Part shown: piece by piece, positions 25,563 through 27,595 of the stretch
How positions within the stretch are numbered: the first letter of the stretch is position 1
How the letters are laid out: each line of letters opens with the position of its first letter
Assembly (NCBI GenBank): GCA_021737115.1
Contig: JAIPER010000001.1
Span: 1 to 27,595 of the forward strand
Origin: Desulfohalobiaceae bacterium
GTDB lineage: Bacteria > Desulfobacterota > Desulfovibrionia > Desulfovibrionales > Desulfothermaceae
Direction of reading: 5' to 3'
Length of the DNA: 27,595 nt
Made by a program: the position numbers and the translations under genes
The notes under the pieces: model-generated
Database searches by the model: none
The model's input: only the letters and a program-made list of their open reading frames with translations
What the model was told of the DNA's origin: nothing

Positions 25563-25871
25563 ATGATGAAGAAAGCAAAAAATTCAAAATCGATGCTTGG
25601 TGTCGGATGGTATCGACCCGAGCAATGGGAACTGTTGCTCGCGGAATCAGTTGATCGTGATGAACTTGAATCGACCCATGCAGAGTGGCTGGCCCAAGCG
25701 GAGAGGTCGCTGGCCAGAATCCGAGCCGCAGGCCACAAACCCATCAAAATCGACATCGATGTTGAGGACCTGATTGCTTGGTGTGCGAACCAGGAGATCC
25801 CCCTTGACGGCAATGCCCGAAGCCAATACATCGCAGAGCAGACAAGACTCAGAAGTCAGCTTTGCCTCTGA
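25563..25871 (+). CDS. Hypothetical protein (GVGWYRPEQW motif)
   Basis: RBS AGGAG, 102 aa, coherent composition; no function recognised. Confidence 0.78.
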   Translation: MMKKAKNSKSMLGVGWYRPEQWELLLAESVDRDELESTHAEWLAQAERSLARIRAAGHKPIKIDIDVEDLIAWCANQEIPLDGNARSQYIAEQTRLRSQLCL

Positions 25872-25920
25872 CCTGCAGACGCCCAGTTTGATCAATGAAG
25901 AAACTTTGAGTCAACTCCTC

Positions 25921-26025
25921 CGTCATTCCGGTAAAAGAACGTCATCCCGGACCCCGATCCGGGAGCCGGAATCCAGACTGAAAAAGCAAGAGCTGGACCC
26001 CGGCCTCCGCCGGGGTGACGGACAA
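25921..26025. repeat. dRS3/REP-like inverted-repeat element (GTCATTCCGG...GGAATCCAG / CTGGACCCCGG...GGGGTGAC)
   Basis: Two left-arm starts (25921, 25940) and a right arm at 25993-26025 shared with 5542-5574. Confidence 0.75.
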
Positions 26026-26082
26026 AGAAAAATCAAGTTTCATACGAGCCCTGCCTCAGGCAGTCCTGACATATAAATTTTT

Positions 26083-26277
26083 AAAGCGGGCTTCGCCCGC
26101 AACCCAAAGGTTCCAGGTTCACGGTTCACGGCCTCCGGCTCGTAGAGAGCGAGCCTACGCCTCGGAGAGTTCACGGTTAAGAAAAAGACAATAGCCCTCT
26201 GATTTAGGGCTTCAACTCCTTCGGGGCAACACACTTTCTTGTTTTTTATTGCAAAGATTCAGGTATAAGTCACTAAT
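26083..26277 (+). mobile_element. MITE-like element, long copy (195 bp)
   Basis: Starts with a GCGGGC-TTC-GCCCGC hairpin and ends TAAGTCACTAAT; homologous to 21364-21490. Confidence 0.8.
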
Positions 26278-26296
26278 TTTATGGGAACAATTTAAC

Positions 26297-26380
26297 GGTT
26301 TATAACCCCGGCTGATCGCCATTTATGGCAAAGAGGAAGCCATTTTGAGCAAACGTCAGCTGGTTTATGAAAAAGCCCAC
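26297..26380 (+). pseudogene. Possible IS3-family transposase C-terminal fragment
   Basis: With two frame corrections reads G.ITPADRHYGKEEAILSKRQLVYEKA. Confidence 0.4.
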
Positions 26381-26382
26381 TG

Positions 26383-26526
26383 ATTGACAACCAGAGTTAC
26401 GAAAAATCCCTACTGGGCCAGACCCATTTCGACCAGTCGCTGACGCCGGAGCTGCGCGCCCAGGCCAAACTGGCGGTGAAGGACGAGTACCTCTTTGATT
26501 TTCTGGAAATGGGTGAAGAGCATTGA
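26383..26526 (+). pseudogene. DUF1016/YhcG-family internal fragment
   Basis: IDNQSYEKSLLGQTHFDQSLTPELRAQAKLAVKDEYLFDFLEMGEEH*. Confidence 0.75.
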
Positions 26527-26777
26527 AATTACCAAACGCAGATATGGCAATCATTGATCCCGAAAAAATGAAAATTAAATTGTTGGATGTTGTAGCCTTA
26601 ACGGGGGACATTGAAAAACGTGGCTTGGTAAAAGGGCAAGTCGGCACCATCGTTGAAATCCTTGATGATGGAGTATATGAAGTCGAGTTTTGTGATAACG
26701 ACGGACGAACATACGCAACATTGGCATTGCGCGATGACCAGCTAATGGTACTTTACTATTCCCCTGTTGCCGCTTAA
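26523..26777 (+). CDS. DUF4926 domain protein (likely start ATG 26568), preceded in frame by a 15-codon DUF6883-like N-terminal stub
   Basis: IKLLDVVAL...GLVKGQVGTIVEIL...YEVEFCDNDGRTYA; stub KLPNADMAIIDPEK. Confidence 0.8.
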   Translation: MKLPNADMAIIDPEKMKIKLLDVVALTGDIEKRGLVKGQVGTIVEILDDGVYEVEFCDNDGRTYATLALRDDQLMVLYYSPVAA

Positions 26778-26889
26778 CCAATATTGTTCGTGACAGAAAC
26801 TTTCAACTTAGCTTTTTGTGAAATTTGGGCCTGGACCCTTGGGGTCGCCAGTCTTTGTTGTAAAAACCAAAATTGGATCAGTCAAAGTA

Positions 26890-27348
26890 TCAATCCTGGG
26901 CGATGCTGCAGACCTGTCCTCCGGTGATCTCCACCAGCTGATCGAAACGGATCGGGACTCCCGAGGCGTCGTTTCCAGCGGCTGGATAGATCATATCGAA
27001 CTCTTGCAGCCCCTGATCGATATAGACTTCGAGTCCCTCGACGCCAAAGGGGCAGACCCCGCCGACTCGAAAGCCGGTTTGCTCCAGGGTCTCCTCTTCA
27101 CTGGCCATTCTGTGCTTCACCCCCGTGATCTTTTTGAATCTGGCCGAGGAAATTTTCCGATCGCCCGGCATCACGGCCAGTCTGAACTGCTTGTCCTTGC
27201 CGCACAGCAGGATGGATTTGGCGATCTGGCCCACCCGAACCCCAATTCTGGCTGCAGCTGACTCTGAAGTCGGGGTGCTGCCGGCTTCGAACTCCAGGGG
27301 GGTCAACCCGTGCCGGTCAAGGACCTGCCTGACTTTTTCAGGGATCAT
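26890..27348 (-). CDS. YbaK/EbsC family aminoacyl-tRNA deacylase-like protein
   Basis: AARIGV..GQIAKSILL, LAVMPGDRKI, TGF.VGGVCPFG, AAGN. Confidence 0.9.
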   Translation of the reverse strand: MIPEKVRQVLDRHGLTPLEFEAGSTPTSESAAARIGVRVGQIAKSILLCGKDKQFRLAVMPGDRKISSARFKKITGVKHRMASEEETLEQTGFRVGGVCPFGVEGLEVYIDQGLQEFDMIYPAAGNDASGVPIRFDQLVEITGGQVCSIAQD

Positions 27349-27474
27349 GGCTTCTCTCTTTTCATTTCTTTGCTGAATATTCTCAAATTCTACAACACTA
27401 GAGGTGACCGGTGCTCCTCCGCTTATACTTTGCTTTCATTGGGCTACGAATCAAGATCATGAAGGAAGAATTTA

Positions 27475-27570
27475 GCCCACGGATCACACGGATTGACACG
27501 GATAATGAAAATACTTTTTTGCTGCTGGAATAAGACCCAGCAGCAAAAGGAGTCATCGCCTTATGGCGAC
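27475..27570 (+). repeat. Diverged copy of the composite intergenic repeat
   Basis: cccacggatcacacggattgacacggat, T-run, gctgctgg-aataaga-cccagcagc hairpin, then gtcatcgcc-ttat-ggcgac. Confidence 0.7.
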
Positions 27571-27595
27571 ACCTCCAAACGAATAGGCTTTTTGC

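Noticed and set aside
17520-27595. Integrase, prophage or complete IS
   Set aside because: No tyrosine/serine recombinase, phage structural gene or intact transposase ORF is visible.

Overview
Window from a sulfate-reducing deltaproteobacterium. AprBA sequence type and neighbouring gene content suggest Desulfovibrionales (inference). Bases 1-3.5 kb carry a minus-strand sulfate-activation cluster, sat - small hypothetical - aprB - aprA (aprA runs off the left edge), preceded by a candidate Rex box and promoter. Its Sat resembles the Archaeoglobus type, while AprBA are Desulfovibrio-type with several substitutions in normally near-invariant motifs. Bases 3.7-17.5 kb are GC-rich core-like genes: a chorismate-mutase/EPSP-synthase-like fusion with eroded catalytic motifs, an M16 peptidase, a heptad-repeat coiled-coil protein, a degenerate GGDEF-TPR protein, an MBL hydrolase, ComF, an HDOD-GGDEF cyclase, a signal-peptide-bearing Pcm and a spermidine-synthase-like membrane protein. 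Bases 17.5-26.8 kb are a visibly more AT-rich accessory island in which every recognisable gene is on the + strand. It contains about five decayed attC-like sites with no integrase in view (CALIN-like). It also holds toxin-antitoxin loci whose toxins are truncated, mutated or absent, two group II intron 3'-end (D5/D6) remnants, a two-copy MITE-like element, several intergenic repeat families and many pseudogene fragments. A YbaK/EbsC gene closes the window. No rRNA, tRNA or CRISPR array was seen. All family assignments come from motif recognition, not database searches.
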